64,000 nucleotides of DNA, taken from sequence record NC_070993.1; one strand, 5' to 3'. This document shows, in pieces, positions 9,691-20,335 of the stretch. Below the pieces are notes generated by a model. The model searched no databases and was not told the origin of the DNA. It saw only the letters and a program-made list of their open reading frames with translations. Both the position numbers and the translations under genes were made by a program. The stretch is from Escherichia phage vB_EcoP_IMEP8. Within the stretch, counting starts at the first letter, position 1. The number at the start of each line of letters is the position of its first letter.

Positions 9691-10473
9691 ATGGCAATTA
9701 GAATGGGTATAGAAGAACTAGACCCGATGGTTCAACAGGCTTCAAAGAAGTATGGTATACCAGCTGCTTTGATTCATGCTGTAATTCAAAGGGAGTCTAG
9801 TGGTCGTCCTAAGGTAGCTTCCGGAACTGGTCCTGTTGGTTTGATGCAGATCAGTAAAGGGTTAGCTAAAGATTATGGTTATAAACTAGAAGATAGGCTT
9901 GACCCAGCCAAGAATATCGACATGGGTGCTCGCTATATCAGAGACAATCTTAAAGCTTTTAATGGTGATGTTAAGAAAGCAATGGTTGGCTATTCAGAAG
10001 GTATTGGTGGAGCTAAGCAGATGTTCGCTGGTAAAAGAGGGTTTACCCCTCAGGCTCTTGACTCTATGAACAACAAACACTTCCTTCCTTTCTATGGTGA
10101 TGCAGCTTCTCAGATTGCTAATCCTATTGGGGCTTTACAAGCTGTTCAACCAGTCAACCAGTTTAGTCCTGACACTCTAGACAGAGAGAAGGCTGCACAA
10201 GCTCCAACTCAGGCAGAGATTGCTGCTTCTAAGACAGGAGCTTTAGGAGGTAATCCGGTAGAGTTTTACTCTGATGAAGTGCAGGAAGGGGAAGACCAGA
10301 AGCCTCAACAGAACTTTGGTAATGCAGTATTAGGAGTAGCTGCTATGCTTGCTGGTAAACCCCCTACTTCTCAAACAGTTCAGAGGGCAAGTGCACCACA
10401 TGCAGCAGGTTCTCAGTACAGTCCACAAACACAAGCAGTGCTCAGGCGTTTGGCTAGCATTGGTGTAAAGTAA
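9691..10473 (+). CDS. lytic transglycosylase (SLT domain) virion protein
   Basis: Motif IQRESSGRP...GLMQIS typical of SLT catalytic Glu-Ser region; SD AGGAG. Confidence 0.8.
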   Translation: MAIRMGIEELDPMVQQASKKYGIPAALIHAVIQRESSGRPKVASGTGPVGLMQISKGLAKDYGYKLEDRLDPAKNIDMGARYIRDNLKAFNGDVKKAMVGYSEGIGGAKQMFAGKRGFTPQALDSMNNKHFLPFYGDAASQIANPIGALQAVQPVNQFSPDTLDREKAAQAPTQAEIAASKTGALGGNPVEFYSDEVQEGEDQKPQQNFGNAVLGVAAMLAGKPPTSQTVQRASAPHAAGSQYSPQTQAVLRRLASIGVK

Positions 10474-10492
10474 TAATCTTTAAGGAGGACTT

Positions 10493-11545
10493 ATGTCTTT
10501 ATTTGGAAAATCAGCTTCTAGCAAAACCACAGTGGCTCCTTCCTCTCAGGTTGATGCCCTGCTGAAGCAGATTGTTGCTAATGCTCAGAATATGCAGAAC
10601 AACGATCCGGGATTCATCTCCCAACAGCTGGCTGGGTTTAATGGCAACCAACAGGGTGCTCTGAATAACTTAGCAGCTTCTACAACTCAGAAGCAATTGG
10701 CTGATATGTACACACCTCGTACACAGCAAGGACTGGACCAACTAAACGCTCTTGCTCAACAGTATCAGAATATTGTCAATGGTGGTGGTCTAACTGCTGA
10801 TGGTGTTAATAACTTTAGTAAAGGGTTGAATAACTCAGCTCTTGCTCAAGCTACTAGTAAGGCAGCTTCCAATGTATCTCTCGGAAATGGCTCCGACTCT
10901 GGCTCTCTTCGTAGAGCTGCTGCTCAAGGTGCTGCCCTGAACGGTGCTAATACAAACTTAGCTCGTACTATCAGTGGTAAGAACATGGGAATCAGTGCTC
11001 TTCAACAAGACCAAAACTTCCAGAGAGGCTTACTTGGTGCTCAGTCAGGGTTGGCTGGACAGAATCTCAATCTTGGTGCTCAGGGTGTTCAAGCAACTCA
11101 ACAAGCCATCCAGAATCAACTTATGGCTGGTAATCTACAACAGCAGCAAGCTCAGGCTCAAGCTGATATCAATTGGCAGAACGCTATTGGCTCTCAGCAG
11201 TATGGATGGAATCAGCTTAACAACCAACTTAATGTATTAAACAGTGTAAGTCCAATGGCTGGGTATACAATTAAGAATGCCGCTCCGGGTGTTAATGTAG
11301 GACAACAGATTCTTGGTGCTGGTATTACTGGATTAGGTATTGCAGGTCGTATGGGCGCTTTCTCTCCTAACCAACAGACTCAGAATGCTTGGAGTTCCTA
11401 TAACAACTCAGGTGGGCAATCTGGAATGGCTGGTCCTATGATTGGAGGTTCTAATCTTTCTCAACAGAAGGGTCAGTCTAACTGGTTATCCACAGCAGGT
11501 AGTAATATCTTAGGTGGTGTCTTAGGGGCATTTGGAGCAAACTAA
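10493..11545 (+). CDS. Q/N/G-rich internal virion protein (350 aa)
   Basis: Low-complexity Q/N/G/A-rich sequence, SD AAGGAGG, in virion module. Confidence 0.5.
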   Translation: MSLFGKSASSKTTVAPSSQVDALLKQIVANAQNMQNNDPGFISQQLAGFNGNQQGALNNLAASTTQKQLADMYTPRTQQGLDQLNALAQQYQNIVNGGGLTADGVNNFSKGLNNSALAQATSKAASNVSLGNGSDSGSLRRAAAQGAALNGANTNLARTISGKNMGISALQQDQNFQRGLLGAQSGLAGQNLNLGAQGVQATQQAIQNQLMAGNLQQQQAQAQADINWQNAIGSQQYGWNQLNNQLNVLNSVSPMAGYTIKNAAPGVNVGQQILGAGITGLGIAGRMGAFSPNQQTQNAWSSYNNSGGQSGMAGPMIGGSNLSQQKGQSNWLSTAGSNILGGVLGAFGAN

Positions 11546-11557
11546 AGGAGATTTGAT

Positions 11558-12526
11558 ATGGGACTTTTCGGAGGAGGGGGTAGTAAAACTACTTCCCAAA
11601 TGATTCGCCCTGAATACATTCAACAGTATATTGACCAACTTAATAAGCAGATTGGTAATACCAGTTCAGGGGATTATGTTTATCGAGATAATGTAGGGTT
11701 TAATAACAACCAAACAGAGGCACTTAACAATTTAGCACAATCTGGCGCTCTAGGCACTCTCTCACAGCAATACATGGATGCAGCAGGTCAAGGCTTGGGT
11801 TATCTAGATAATGCCTATAAAGGCTATCAGAGCCTCTCTGGGCAAGGTGGAATTACTGGAGAACAGATTGGTGCTCTCGCTGGTCAACTGTATGATGATG
11901 ACGCTGTGCAAGCAGCCATTACAGCTAATAACGAACAGGTTCAACAGAACTTAGCACGTAATGCTCTTCCTCAGTTAGCTCAACAGTTTGCTGGTCAACA
12001 AGGTTCAGGTGCTCGTATGGCTAAATCTTTTGCCCAAGGTGATGCTCTGAATCAGATGCAAGGTCAAGCAACAGATATCACCAACAGTGCCTATAACTCG
12101 GCTATTAGCCAAGCTGAAAGTATCCTCTCTGGTAATAGACAGAATCAGGCAGCTGCTCTCTCAGGTCTTTCTAATATTGGTTCTAACCTTTCTAACCTAG
12201 GTCAGCAGGGTGCTAATTTGTCTCAACAGCAAATGATGAATCAATGGAATGCAGGGTTGCAGCAACAACAGCAACAACAGAATGAATATGATAATGCCTA
12301 CCAGAATGCTCAGAACGCAGCTAATTGGGGATGGCAGGATATCAACAACCAACTCGGTGCAGCAGGTGTACTTAACGGTGCTCTCGGACAAACTACAACT
12401 ACAAAACAATCCGGTGGTAGTGGTGGCTTCTTAGGTGGGGCTATGAGTGGTGCAGCAGCAGGCTCTGCGTTTGGGCCTTGGGGTGCATTAGCTGGGGGTG
12501 TAATCGGTGGGTTGGCTAGTACTTAA
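11558..12526 (+). CDS. Q/N/G-rich internal virion protein (322 aa), paralogous in composition to preceding gene
   Basis: Similar composition and Gly-rich hydrophobic C-terminus; SD AAAGGAG. Confidence 0.5.
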   Translation: MGLFGGGGSKTTSQMIRPEYIQQYIDQLNKQIGNTSSGDYVYRDNVGFNNNQTEALNNLAQSGALGTLSQQYMDAAGQGLGYLDNAYKGYQSLSGQGGITGEQIGALAGQLYDDDAVQAAITANNEQVQQNLARNALPQLAQQFAGQQGSGARMAKSFAQGDALNQMQGQATDITNSAYNSAISQAESILSGNRQNQAAALSGLSNIGSNLSNLGQQGANLSQQQMMNQWNAGLQQQQQQQNEYDNAYQNAQNAANWGWQDINNQLGAAGVLNGALGQTTTTKQSGGSGGFLGGAMSGAAAGSAFGPWGALAGGVIGGLAST

Positions 12527-12539
12527 TTAGGAGACAAAT

Positions 12540-14195
12540 ATGCAACAGACAACTTACGCTCAGGTCAGAAGTCGTGACCCGAGAAATACTTTCTATGGTG
12601 TTAATCCGGGAGCGGCTTCGGCCTCTCCTTATATGGCTAGACCAACTCAGACAGCAGATATTTCTATGTATCAACGTCCTGCTATACCTTCATCTCTTGC
12701 AGGTCTTGTCTCTCAGGCAGAAGAAGATCAGAATGCTATGATTAATCCGGGATTCCAGCAACGTCTCATGGAACAGCAGAATCAAGGAACCCCTACCAGT
12801 CTTCAGGGTATTGATATTGGAGCACCAGCTCCTGTAGCGGCTAATCCTAACCTATCCACTGATCAAGGTTTACAGGATGCTGGGCTTATGCCTAGTGACC
12901 CTCTTCCGGTAACACCTCCTCCTAAACCACTAGAAGCTGGTCCTATGGAGTTTACTCCTTCTCAGGTGGAACAGGCACAAGGTGTGATTAACACTCTTGC
13001 TCAAGGACAAGACACGGGTGATGGGATGACTGCTGCTACTCGTGCTAAAGATCGGGAACGTGTTAACAATGATATCTTGCAAGTTGCGAAAGCTAAAGAC
13101 CCTTCAGAAGCTTGGAACAAACTACAGAAAGAGCCGTTCTATCAGAACTCTAGTTTCTACACAGGCTTGATGGGTGTAGGTCTTTCCATTATGTCAGGTA
13201 AGTCTCCTATCGAAGCTTTCCAGATTGGTCAGGGAATGGCTAATCAAGATGAGACTAAGAAGCAACTGGAAGCTAACCGTGATGCTCTGATTGAACAAGG
13301 ATTCTCTCAAGACTCAATTGCAGCTGCTATTGCTAATGGAGACCCATCCCTGCTTAAGATGAAAGCTGTAGACCCTGCTCAGAAAGAAGCGTTGTATGCT
13401 GCTCGTGAAGAACGACAGAATGCTGAATGGGATAGACGTCAACAGATTCAAGAGCAGACTATGCGTGAGCGTGCTGACGAAACTCGTCGTGCTGCTGAAG
13501 AAAGAGCTAATATGAACTTTGAACGTCAGAAAGAACTTATTGGCTATCGTGATCAAGTTAAAGCTGAACGTGCTGAACAAGCTGCTCAGAGTTTTAACTT
13601 CAACCCGAAAGAAGTTCGTCTTGCTCAGAACACAGCTGAAGGTACAGTTGCTAAGCAGTGGGCAGAGAAAGGTGGTCTGTTTAACCAGTCCAACAAAGAC
13701 TTGGATTTGGCTGACAAAGCGGTTAAAGATAAAGACTATCAGACAGCTCGTTCTGCTTACATGCAGGCTATTATGAACTCCGCAAGGGCTGAAATCGGTG
13801 CTACTCGTTCTCTTACCGAAGAAGACTTGGGGCACTTTGCAGAAGACCCGTCAATCTTCGTTCGTGTTGGCAACAAGTTTGCACTGAAATCTGGATGGCG
13901 TCCTACTGATTCTGCTCTTGCTTATGCTCGTAAGCAGGCTAACGTTGGTCACACCTCTGCAATGAAAGGTGTTGCTGATGCTAAGAGAGCTACGATTGAA
14001 GCTTATATTGGTTCTGGTATGGATAAGAAGAGGGCTACTGCATTGGTCAACCGTGCAATCCCTTCTGGTGGTTTCTATGATCCTCTAGGTGTTTTCTCTG
14101 AACAAGCGGAAGAAGCAGTTGGTGGTGCAGCAACCAATCCTAAGCTTAATGGTGCTTTATCAGCTGTCGAAGACACTAGCTGGTTCACTCAATAA
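12540..14195 (+). CDS. internal virion/ejection protein (551 aa)
   Basis: Position between internal proteins and giant gene; charged coiled-coil central region. Confidence 0.45.
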   Translation: MQQTTYAQVRSRDPRNTFYGVNPGAASASPYMARPTQTADISMYQRPAIPSSLAGLVSQAEEDQNAMINPGFQQRLMEQQNQGTPTSLQGIDIGAPAPVAANPNLSTDQGLQDAGLMPSDPLPVTPPPKPLEAGPMEFTPSQVEQAQGVINTLAQGQDTGDGMTAATRAKDRERVNNDILQVAKAKDPSEAWNKLQKEPFYQNSSFYTGLMGVGLSIMSGKSPIEAFQIGQGMANQDETKKQLEANRDALIEQGFSQDSIAAAIANGDPSLLKMKAVDPAQKEALYAAREERQNAEWDRRQQIQEQTMRERADETRRAAEERANMNFERQKELIGYRDQVKAERAEQAAQSFNFNPKEVRLAQNTAEGTVAKQWAEKGGLFNQSNKDLDLADKAVKDKDYQTARSAYMQAIMNSARAEIGATRSLTEEDLGHFAEDPSIFVRVGNKFALKSGWRPTDSALAYARKQANVGHTSAMKGVADAKRATIEAYIGSGMDKKRATALVNRAIPSGGFYDPLGVFSEQAEEAVGGAATNPKLNGALSAVEDTSWFTQ

Positions 14196-14215
14196 GACCT
14201 AAGTCCTGCCTTCTA

Positions 14216-14224
14216 TAATGTATA
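14216..14224 (+). promoter_or_regulatory. TAATGTATA motif, candidate phage-specific promoter upstream of 1473-aa gene
   Basis: Exact 9-mer, ~40 nt upstream of ATG 14263, intergenic. Confidence 0.4.
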
Positions 14225-14262
14225 TAGGGGGTAGGACATTTTTATTTATAAAAGGAGACGTT

Positions 14263-17200
14263 ATGGCTAACATTAAACCGTGGGAAGAAGCTTCCAAAGC
14301 TCCTGCGTATCTGAATGCCTCTCCGGAGCGACAAGCTCAAATGAGAGAACAATATAAGGCAGCAGGTGGCTCTATTCCTGAGGAACAACCAGTAGCACAA
14401 CCACAACAAGAAGAACGTGGTGCTATAGGCGAGTTTGCTCAAGGTGTGTCAAATGCTCTTCAATCTGGTGGTGCAAATATTGCAGCTAGTGCTGCTAAAG
14501 GTATTGGTGGTTTAGTTGAGATTGGTGAGAATCTAGCTGGAGCACAAACTAGTTACGGTAAGCGTATCCAAGAAAACTCTCAGAACCTTCTGAAAGAACG
14601 TATGGATAAGATTGAGGATGGGATTGGTAAAACTGTTGGTCAGTATGCTGGCGTTGCTGGTGACATTGGTATGACTGTTGCTAACCCATTGGCTGCTGCT
14701 GCTATCATCGCAGGTCGTGAGACAGGTCGTGCATATGCAGACCAAACCCCTGAAGAGGGAGAAGATAAGTCTATTCTAGATGCAGCCTTAGTTGGTGGTG
14801 CTAACTATGCGGCTCAGAGAATCCTTCCGGGTGCTGTTGGTACAGCTGAATCCACACTTGGACGTATTGGTCAGAACGTTGCTAGTAACGCAGTGGCTGG
14901 TGCTAAAGGTGGTGCTCTTGTAGGTGCTGCTGAAGCTCAGAACAAGCATGGCGATGACACAACCTTTGCTAATGTATTAGAGGGTGCTATCGAAGAAGGT
15001 GCTATGGGTGCTGCATTCGGTGGTGCAGTTGGTGGGGTTCATGGTTTGATTAGCCGTCCGGATTCTGCTGTCTTCAAGAATACTCCAGAGTATGCGAAGA
15101 CTGATATTGCTGCTGATGATGAACTGATTCGTAGTGCTAAGAATATTGATGAACTGAAAGAGGCTTATTCTAAAGCTGAAACTGCTAACGCTGCTTCTGC
15201 TCTGAATCTTCTGGATGAGAATGGATTCCGTATTACAGATGCTGTTGCTGTAGATTCTCCTGCTGCTCAGCGTATTCTTAATACCGACCAAGCTCGTGCT
15301 GAGAAAGCTGCTTCCGTTCAGAAAGAACATTCCAATATTCCGGGCCTTAATCCTTTAGCTTCTCCTGCTAAGACTCGTGGTAAAGCATTCGCTGATAACG
15401 AGCACAACCAGAAGCAGGCTGTTGCTATGAAGGATGCAATGGCTGACTACACCAAAGACAACACGAAAGCTCTTACAGATGTTCTAGATAACCTAGACCG
15501 TGAATTAACTTCTCTCCGAGCTTCTGGTGATTTTACTGGTAGTCCAATTGATATTAAGAATCGTACACAAGCTGACCGTGACTTCATTGATGCTTACAAG
15601 ACTTTCTACAACGAAGCAAATCGATTCAAAGCTCGTGAAGGTGAAGATTTTAATAACTTTGTAGAGAAAGCTACTGAACTACAAAAGATGGCTGATAATG
15701 TTTCTCCAGAGATGAAGAAAGCTATCGGTGGGTTGAAGAAACTGAAAGGTATGCCTGAAGGTTTTAATCCTATTCAAGATGCTTACACTCTGAACAATAC
15801 AGCTAAATTTATGAGCAACCAAGATCGTGGTTGGACTTCCCTGTCGGATGATGGATTCCGTGAAGCTTCTTCACCTAGTCTGGTAATGAACACTCTCGGT
15901 GCTGCTAAGTATGCTCTGAATCGCTTCTCTTCTCAGCGTGCTCGTTCTCAACGTGTTAAGCAACAAGAATCTAACAGTGAAGCTATCCGCTCTCTGGCTC
16001 GTGGTGATTTGGAAGTTGCTCGTGCTAAATCTACTGCTGATGAAGCTCGTGCTAAGATGGAAGAAGAACCAGTTGTTGATGACATTAAATTTAAGACGCA
16101 AAATGACGTGGAAACCGAACCGGTTCGGGAGCCTCCTTCTAGTACTGTGACGGAAGAAAATCTTCCTTCTTCTGCTCCTCAAGAAACTCCTCTTACAGCT
16201 CGTGATTTAGTTGCGCAAAGACGTGCTATCCGTCAGGCTGAACAGCGTCGCGCTGAAGAAGAGGCAGCTGCTGCTCAAGAAGCTCCGGTCGAACAAGCTC
16301 CACAGGCTGAACCTCTCCCTGCTCGTAATCCTTTAGAGGAGCGTCGTGCAATGGAACAGCAACGTGCTCAAGAAGAGGCCGCACAGGCTCCAGAACCCAC
16401 TTTAGAGGAACCAACAGTTAAAGCTGAGCCATTACCTGCCCGTGCTCCTAAAGCTCCTAAGGAAGCTGTACAGGACGTTAAACCGGCAAGTGGTGTAGAA
16501 CGTTTAGCTGCTATGTCTAGTGCTGCTCGTCAGGCTACCAAAGATCGTGCAGAACGCTTTGCTCGTTCTCTGTACTCTAAGGCTGCTAAAGCTAAAGCTA
16601 CTGCTGAAAACTTCTTGGCTTATAAAGGTGATCCTAAGGAATTGATGCGTCGTATTCGTCAGGAAGATAATGCTATCAACACTGAACGTCATGAAGAAAT
16701 GGCTCGTAATCAGCTAGCTTCTCAGCAAGGTATTGCTACTGCTAAGAACAACACTGTACGAACTAATTTTGCTGAATGGGTTAAAGAACGTGGTCTGCCA
16801 GAAGACATTGCTACTAAGGCATTACGTGCTGAAGAGAAAGGTTTAGGTGGGAACGTTACTAACTTGGATAGTCTGAAACGTCGTGCTGAAAGGTTGTATC
16901 AGAAGCAGCGTGAGGATGAATTTGATAGATTGTATCAACAAGCTCTAGAAGAGAACAAAGCTTTCGATAAGAAAGATGCTCCTAAACTGGTTGACCAGAA
17001 GAAAGAGCTTCAGTCTGAGATTGATACTTTGATTGATTCAGAACCTTTACGTCCTGCTCAGAAAGATGCTATGCGTAAGCTGATGAATGACTTTGTAGAT
17101 GGGAAGTTTAAATCTTCAGAGAAGGCTGGTAGGGAAGAGGCTTTGGAAGTTGGTCAGATGAAGGATATTTGGGATGGGTTTATTAACACCTATAACAGAG

Positions 17201-18684
17201 AAGTGAATGCCTTCAACAAAGCTAACAAGAACTCTCAATACGAAGCTGCTGCTAAACACTTGCAGGCTCGTGAAGAACGTCTTGCTACTCTGAGAAATAA
17301 AGCTCAGGCTCGTTCAGATGCTAAAGCTGCTGTTGAAAATGAACGTAAAACTCTAGAGGCTATTGCAGCTCAGAAGAGTGAGATTGAGAAGATGATGGAA
17401 GGTTTACCTAAACCTGTTCGTGAAGCTCAGGAATCTCGTACATTGAAACAGTTGGCTGCTCACCATGATAAGAACTCTCCAGTTCCTCCAGAGAAGTTCC
17501 GTAGTTACATTGAACGTATCCATAACGCCGAGTCAGATTACCTTGATCGTCAGCGTCGTTTAACTGATGCAGAGGAAGATGCTCGTCAGGCTAAGTGGAA
17601 TAAGATGTATGAGCAAGCGGAAGAGATGGACCGTAAATTTGATATAGACAAAAGAGTTAAACGCAGTGAAGAGCTTAAAGCGGCTCAGAAGCGTGAGAAT
17701 GATCTCATGGCAGTACAACGTCAACGTGACGACATTCATCGTCGCCTGATGCATACTTTGGAAGATAAAGGCATATCTAAAGAGGATGCTGAAGCATTTG
17801 CTGGTTCCTACATGGATAACCGTTATGCACTTCTTGATAAGCCTATGACTCCTACTGAACATCAGAATGCTCGTTCTCGTATCGAAGCTGATGTTGAGAA
17901 GTTTGCTAAGAAGTACGAATCAATGACCCCTATCGAGAAAGAGATTGTTAAGATTACTGGAGATACTGAAGGTAAGCTTGATAACTTGGATGCGGATACT
18001 AGGAAGGCTGTTGAGGAGGCTCAGAAGGTTGACTCTGATATTAAGAAACTGCAAGAGGAAGAGTTGGAGATGGAGAAGATTCGTTCTGCTCTGCCTGACG
18101 ATGAAAAATCTCAAGCAAATTCTGATATCTTGGAAAGTATTAAACAGCAGGAAGAAGTCTTTGCTGATAAAGTAGAGAAAGCTTTCTTGAGTGGGAAGAG
18201 CTTGGATGAGTTGGCTAGTGTGGCTGAAGTTTTAGACAGGGTTCATGGTGCAGACAAGGCTGGTAACAACCGTCGCTTTGTACGTGCATTGCAGACTGCT
18301 GCTGAAAACAAGAAGAAGTATGGTGATAATCCGGTAGCTTGGTTTAGTGCTGATGATTATTCTGCTATTGCTAAACTTGGTGCTTCTTCCGCAGGTGGTA
18401 ACAAATCTAGAGCACTGGAGAAAATCTTTGGTTCTACAGCTGAACAGGCTAAGAGTAAGTTGCTTGGCAGGGATGATGTAGCGAAGATGAGACGCGTGAT
18501 TGAAGAGAACCCTGATGTTAAGATTCCTTCTTACAAGACAACGAATCGTACTGAGTACTTGCAGTTCTTGGAGAAGTTTAATGACGAAGGGAAGCCGAAG
18601 ATTAAACGTGGCTCATTGTCAGAGAAGCTTGAACGCAGTAAGCGTCAATCGAGACTCCGTGTAAGAGTTCGACCTAAGGAGTGA
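14263..18684 (+). CDS. giant coiled-coil virion protein (1473 aa), possible internal ejection protein
   Basis: Start at ATG 14263 with AAAGGAG SD (ORF-track start 14218 lacks SD); Gly/Ala-rich N-terminus then long charged helical region with EEAAQAPE repeats. Confidence 0.6.
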   Translation: MANIKPWEEASKAPAYLNASPERQAQMREQYKAAGGSIPEEQPVAQPQQEERGAIGEFAQGVSNALQSGGANIAASAAKGIGGLVEIGENLAGAQTSYGKRIQENSQNLLKERMDKIEDGIGKTVGQYAGVAGDIGMTVANPLAAAAIIAGRETGRAYADQTPEEGEDKSILDAALVGGANYAAQRILPGAVGTAESTLGRIGQNVASNAVAGAKGGALVGAAEAQNKHGDDTTFANVLEGAIEEGAMGAAFGGAVGGVHGLISRPDSAVFKNTPEYAKTDIAADDELIRSAKNIDELKEAYSKAETANAASALNLLDENGFRITDAVAVDSPAAQRILNTDQARAEKAASVQKEHSNIPGLNPLASPAKTRGKAFADNEHNQKQAVAMKDAMADYTKDNTKALTDVLDNLDRELTSLRASGDFTGSPIDIKNRTQADRDFIDAYKTFYNEANRFKAREGEDFNNFVEKATELQKMADNVSPEMKKAIGGLKKLKGMPEGFNPIQDAYTLNNTAKFMSNQDRGWTSLSDDGFREASSPSLVMNTLGAAKYALNRFSSQRARSQRVKQQESNSEAIRSLARGDLEVARAKSTADEARAKMEEEPVVDDIKFKTQNDVETEPVREPPSSTVTEENLPSSAPQETPLTARDLVAQRRAIRQAEQRRAEEEAAAAQEAPVEQAPQAEPLPARNPLEERRAMEQQRAQEEAAQAPEPTLEEPTVKAEPLPARAPKAPKEAVQDVKPASGVERLAAMSSAARQATKDRAERFARSLYSKAAKAKATAENFLAYKGDPKELMRRIRQEDNAINTERHEEMARNQLASQQGIATAKNNTVRTNFAEWVKERGLPEDIATKALRAEEKGLGGNVTNLDSLKRRAERLYQKQREDEFDRLYQQALEENKAFDKKDAPKLVDQKKELQSEIDTLIDSEPLRPAQKDAMRKLMNDFVDGKFKSSEKAGREEALEVGQMKDIWDGFINTYNREVNAFNKANKNSQYEAAAKHLQAREERLATLRNKAQARSDAKAAVENERKTLEAIAAQKSEIEKMMEGLPKPVREAQESRTLKQLAAHHDKNSPVPPEKFRSYIERIHNAESDYLDRQRRLTDAEEDARQAKWNKMYEQAEEMDRKFDIDKRVKRSEELKAAQKRENDLMAVQRQRDDIHRRLMHTLEDKGISKEDAEAFAGSYMDNRYALLDKPMTPTEHQNARSRIEADVEKFAKKYESMTPIEKEIVKITGDTEGKLDNLDADTRKAVEEAQKVDSDIKKLQEEELEMEKIRSALPDDEKSQANSDILESIKQQEEVFADKVEKAFLSGKSLDELASVAEVLDRVHGADKAGNNRRFVRALQTAAENKKKYGDNPVAWFSADDYSAIAKLGASSAGGNKSRALEKIFGSTAEQAKSKLLGRDDVAKMRRVIEENPDVKIPSYKTTNRTEYLQFLEKFNDEGKPKIKRGSLSEKLERSKRQSRLRVRVRPKE

Positions 18685-18694
18685 TAAAAGAAAA

Positions 18695-18730
18695 GCCCTC
18701 AAGGAGAAATCCAAGAGGGCTTTATTATTT
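18695..18730. terminator. bidirectional terminator between convergent + and - gene blocks
   Basis: GCCCTC...GAGGGC hairpin flanked by A-run upstream and T-run downstream. Confidence 0.55.
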
Positions 18731-19094
18731 AACGTCCCCAATCTTTATTGGTAAACGTTTTCAATCTGTGACAGTTCGCACAAAGTGTTTGAAGGTTTTC
18801 TTCTCTGTTATCTTTGTGGTTACCGTTTATGTGATCTACATCTAATTGGCAAGTGTGCTTAGGGATGAAACCGCACATCTCGCACACTTCTTTCTTAAAG
18901 TCTACATATGGTGATTTGTATCTTCTAGTACGCTCTCTGTGTGCATCCATATTCTCATACTCTCTTTTATTACAAGGAGAGCACAATGGTGCAAACTTTC
19001 CACCACCCTTTGATTTCTGAGGGTTCTTGTTGCACAAAACACAAAGACCACGAACATTAGATGGCTCTGTTTTTCTAAACCTCCATGTTCCCAT
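18729..19094 (-). CDS. HNH endonuclease
   Basis: DVDHINGNHKDNREENLQTLCANCH motif plus CxxC pairs. Confidence 0.8.
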   Translation of the reverse strand: MGTWRFRKTEPSNVRGLCVLCNKNPQKSKGGGKFAPLCSPCNKREYENMDAHRERTRRYKSPYVDFKKEVCEMCGFIPKHTCQLDVDHINGNHKDNREENLQTLCANCHRLKTFTNKDWGR

Positions 19095-19534
19095 TAATCC
19101 TCCTTGGAAGGGGCTTTATTTATTTCTAGATTTTCTTGTAAGTGATAGTTCCTTCTTTAACAGCTTTATCATAAGCCGCTTTGAACTTTTTCATCATATC
19201 AATTTTGCTCTGTTTTATCTTTTCAAAATCCATCAAATTCATCCTCATACATCCCAATTCTCTTCAGAAATCTGGATGTTCATCTTAAAAGCATCCTGAG
19301 ATGCCTCCATAGAACCAATCTGATTTACTGCCAAGGATAACAACTTCTTCATTCATATACCCTCCTAGATTGTGTTTATAAAATTAGTAAGTTTCTCTTC
19401 GCTTTCATCAAAAGCTTTTCCAGCTGCTTCCATCTCCCAAGTCTCGGCATTGTCAATAAAGCTCTGAGCTTCTAATAGATCGTGGATTAAGTCGAAGAGT
19501 TTATTTTTATCTGCTTGTGTGATCATGTCAGTTC

Positions 19535-19792
19535 CTAGATTAAATCGTAATACTGAATAATGTCAGAGAGTTTGAACTCTCGAATCTCATCTTTCTCTAT
19601 ATCTATCGCTGTCATAATCCAACAAGGTTTGCCACCGTTATGAAAACGGGAGCTAGCAACGGAGGTTCGGAGTGGAATAACGGACCGGTCAGCAACCTCG
19701 CCTCTCCAATTGCGATAGCGAAAGCGAAGCACTTGTTGCGTAGATTTTTGATCATCACTCATTTCCTTTTTTGAATTGTTTTCTTGCATCAT
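19535..19792 (-). CDS. hypothetical protein (start uncertain)
   Basis: ORF overlaps upstream gene; internal Met start assumed. Confidence 0.35.
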   Translation of the reverse strand: MMQENNSKKEMSDDQKSTQQVLRFRYRNWRGEVADRSVIPLRTSVASSRFHNGGKPCWIMTAIDIEKDEIREFKLSDIIQYYDLI

Positions 19793-20207
19793 TCTCTTCT
19801 TTTGTTTTAATCTTATGACAAGGGTCTTTACATAGAACCTGAAAACCCTCTTTCTCACACAGAGCACGAGAGATGATTTCATCCCAAGTTGCTTCATGGT
19901 CAAGAGGAACTATAGGCTCTATGTGGTCAATAGCCATATCCTTTACAGGGTGGTCAGAACCACACATGGCACACTTAAAGTGCATTGCCAGTCTGCCTGT
20001 CTTTGGATTAATCTTCTGCTCTGTCTTGGCGTCTGCTAGTGCATCGAACATGGGCTTCCACTTTCTAGTCAGAGAACGAATCCCTGACTTGATGAAAGAA
20101 TTATAACGAGCTTCAGTCCACATGCCGGAGCATCTAGTTTTCTCAGACTTCGCCATAATCAGCTTCTTCCCATACGCGCTTACCCACTCGATGTGATACT
20201 TTTTCAC
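19755..20207 (-). CDS. HNH endonuclease (second copy; start may be internal at 20156)
   Basis: CAMCGSDHPVKDMAIDHIEP...LCKDPCH HNH motif. Confidence 0.7.
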   Translation of the reverse strand: MKKYHIEWVSAYGKKLIMAKSEKTRCSGMWTEARYNSFIKSGIRSLTRKWKPMFDALADAKTEQKINPKTGRLAMHFKCAMCGSDHPVKDMAIDHIEPIVPLDHEATWDEIISRALCEKEGFQVLCKDPCHKIKTKEENDARKQFKKGNE

Positions 20208-20335
20208 GCTTTTCTTTAATATAGCGACTTCCTAATTCATGGCTATACTTAATGCGCTGCTCCTTACGAGATTCACGATTGGAGGAGTTTTCATCATATG
20301 AACGATAATCAAATTTACCCATTATAATATCCTTA

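Noticed and set aside
13314-13835. 173-aa minus-strand ORF within the + strand virion module
   Set aside because: Antisense to the 551-aa virion gene; low-complexity Ser/Phe-rich translation; shadow ORF.
14263-18684. Interpretation of the 1473-aa protein as a siphovirus tail tape-measure protein (T5-like phage)
   Set aside because: The sequence is dominated by charged coiled-coil segments and sits after Q/N/G-rich internal proteins and a separate SLT transglycosylase; together with a phage sigma factor and T7-like primase-helicase this fits a podovirus-type internal/ejection protein better. Not excluded without virion data.
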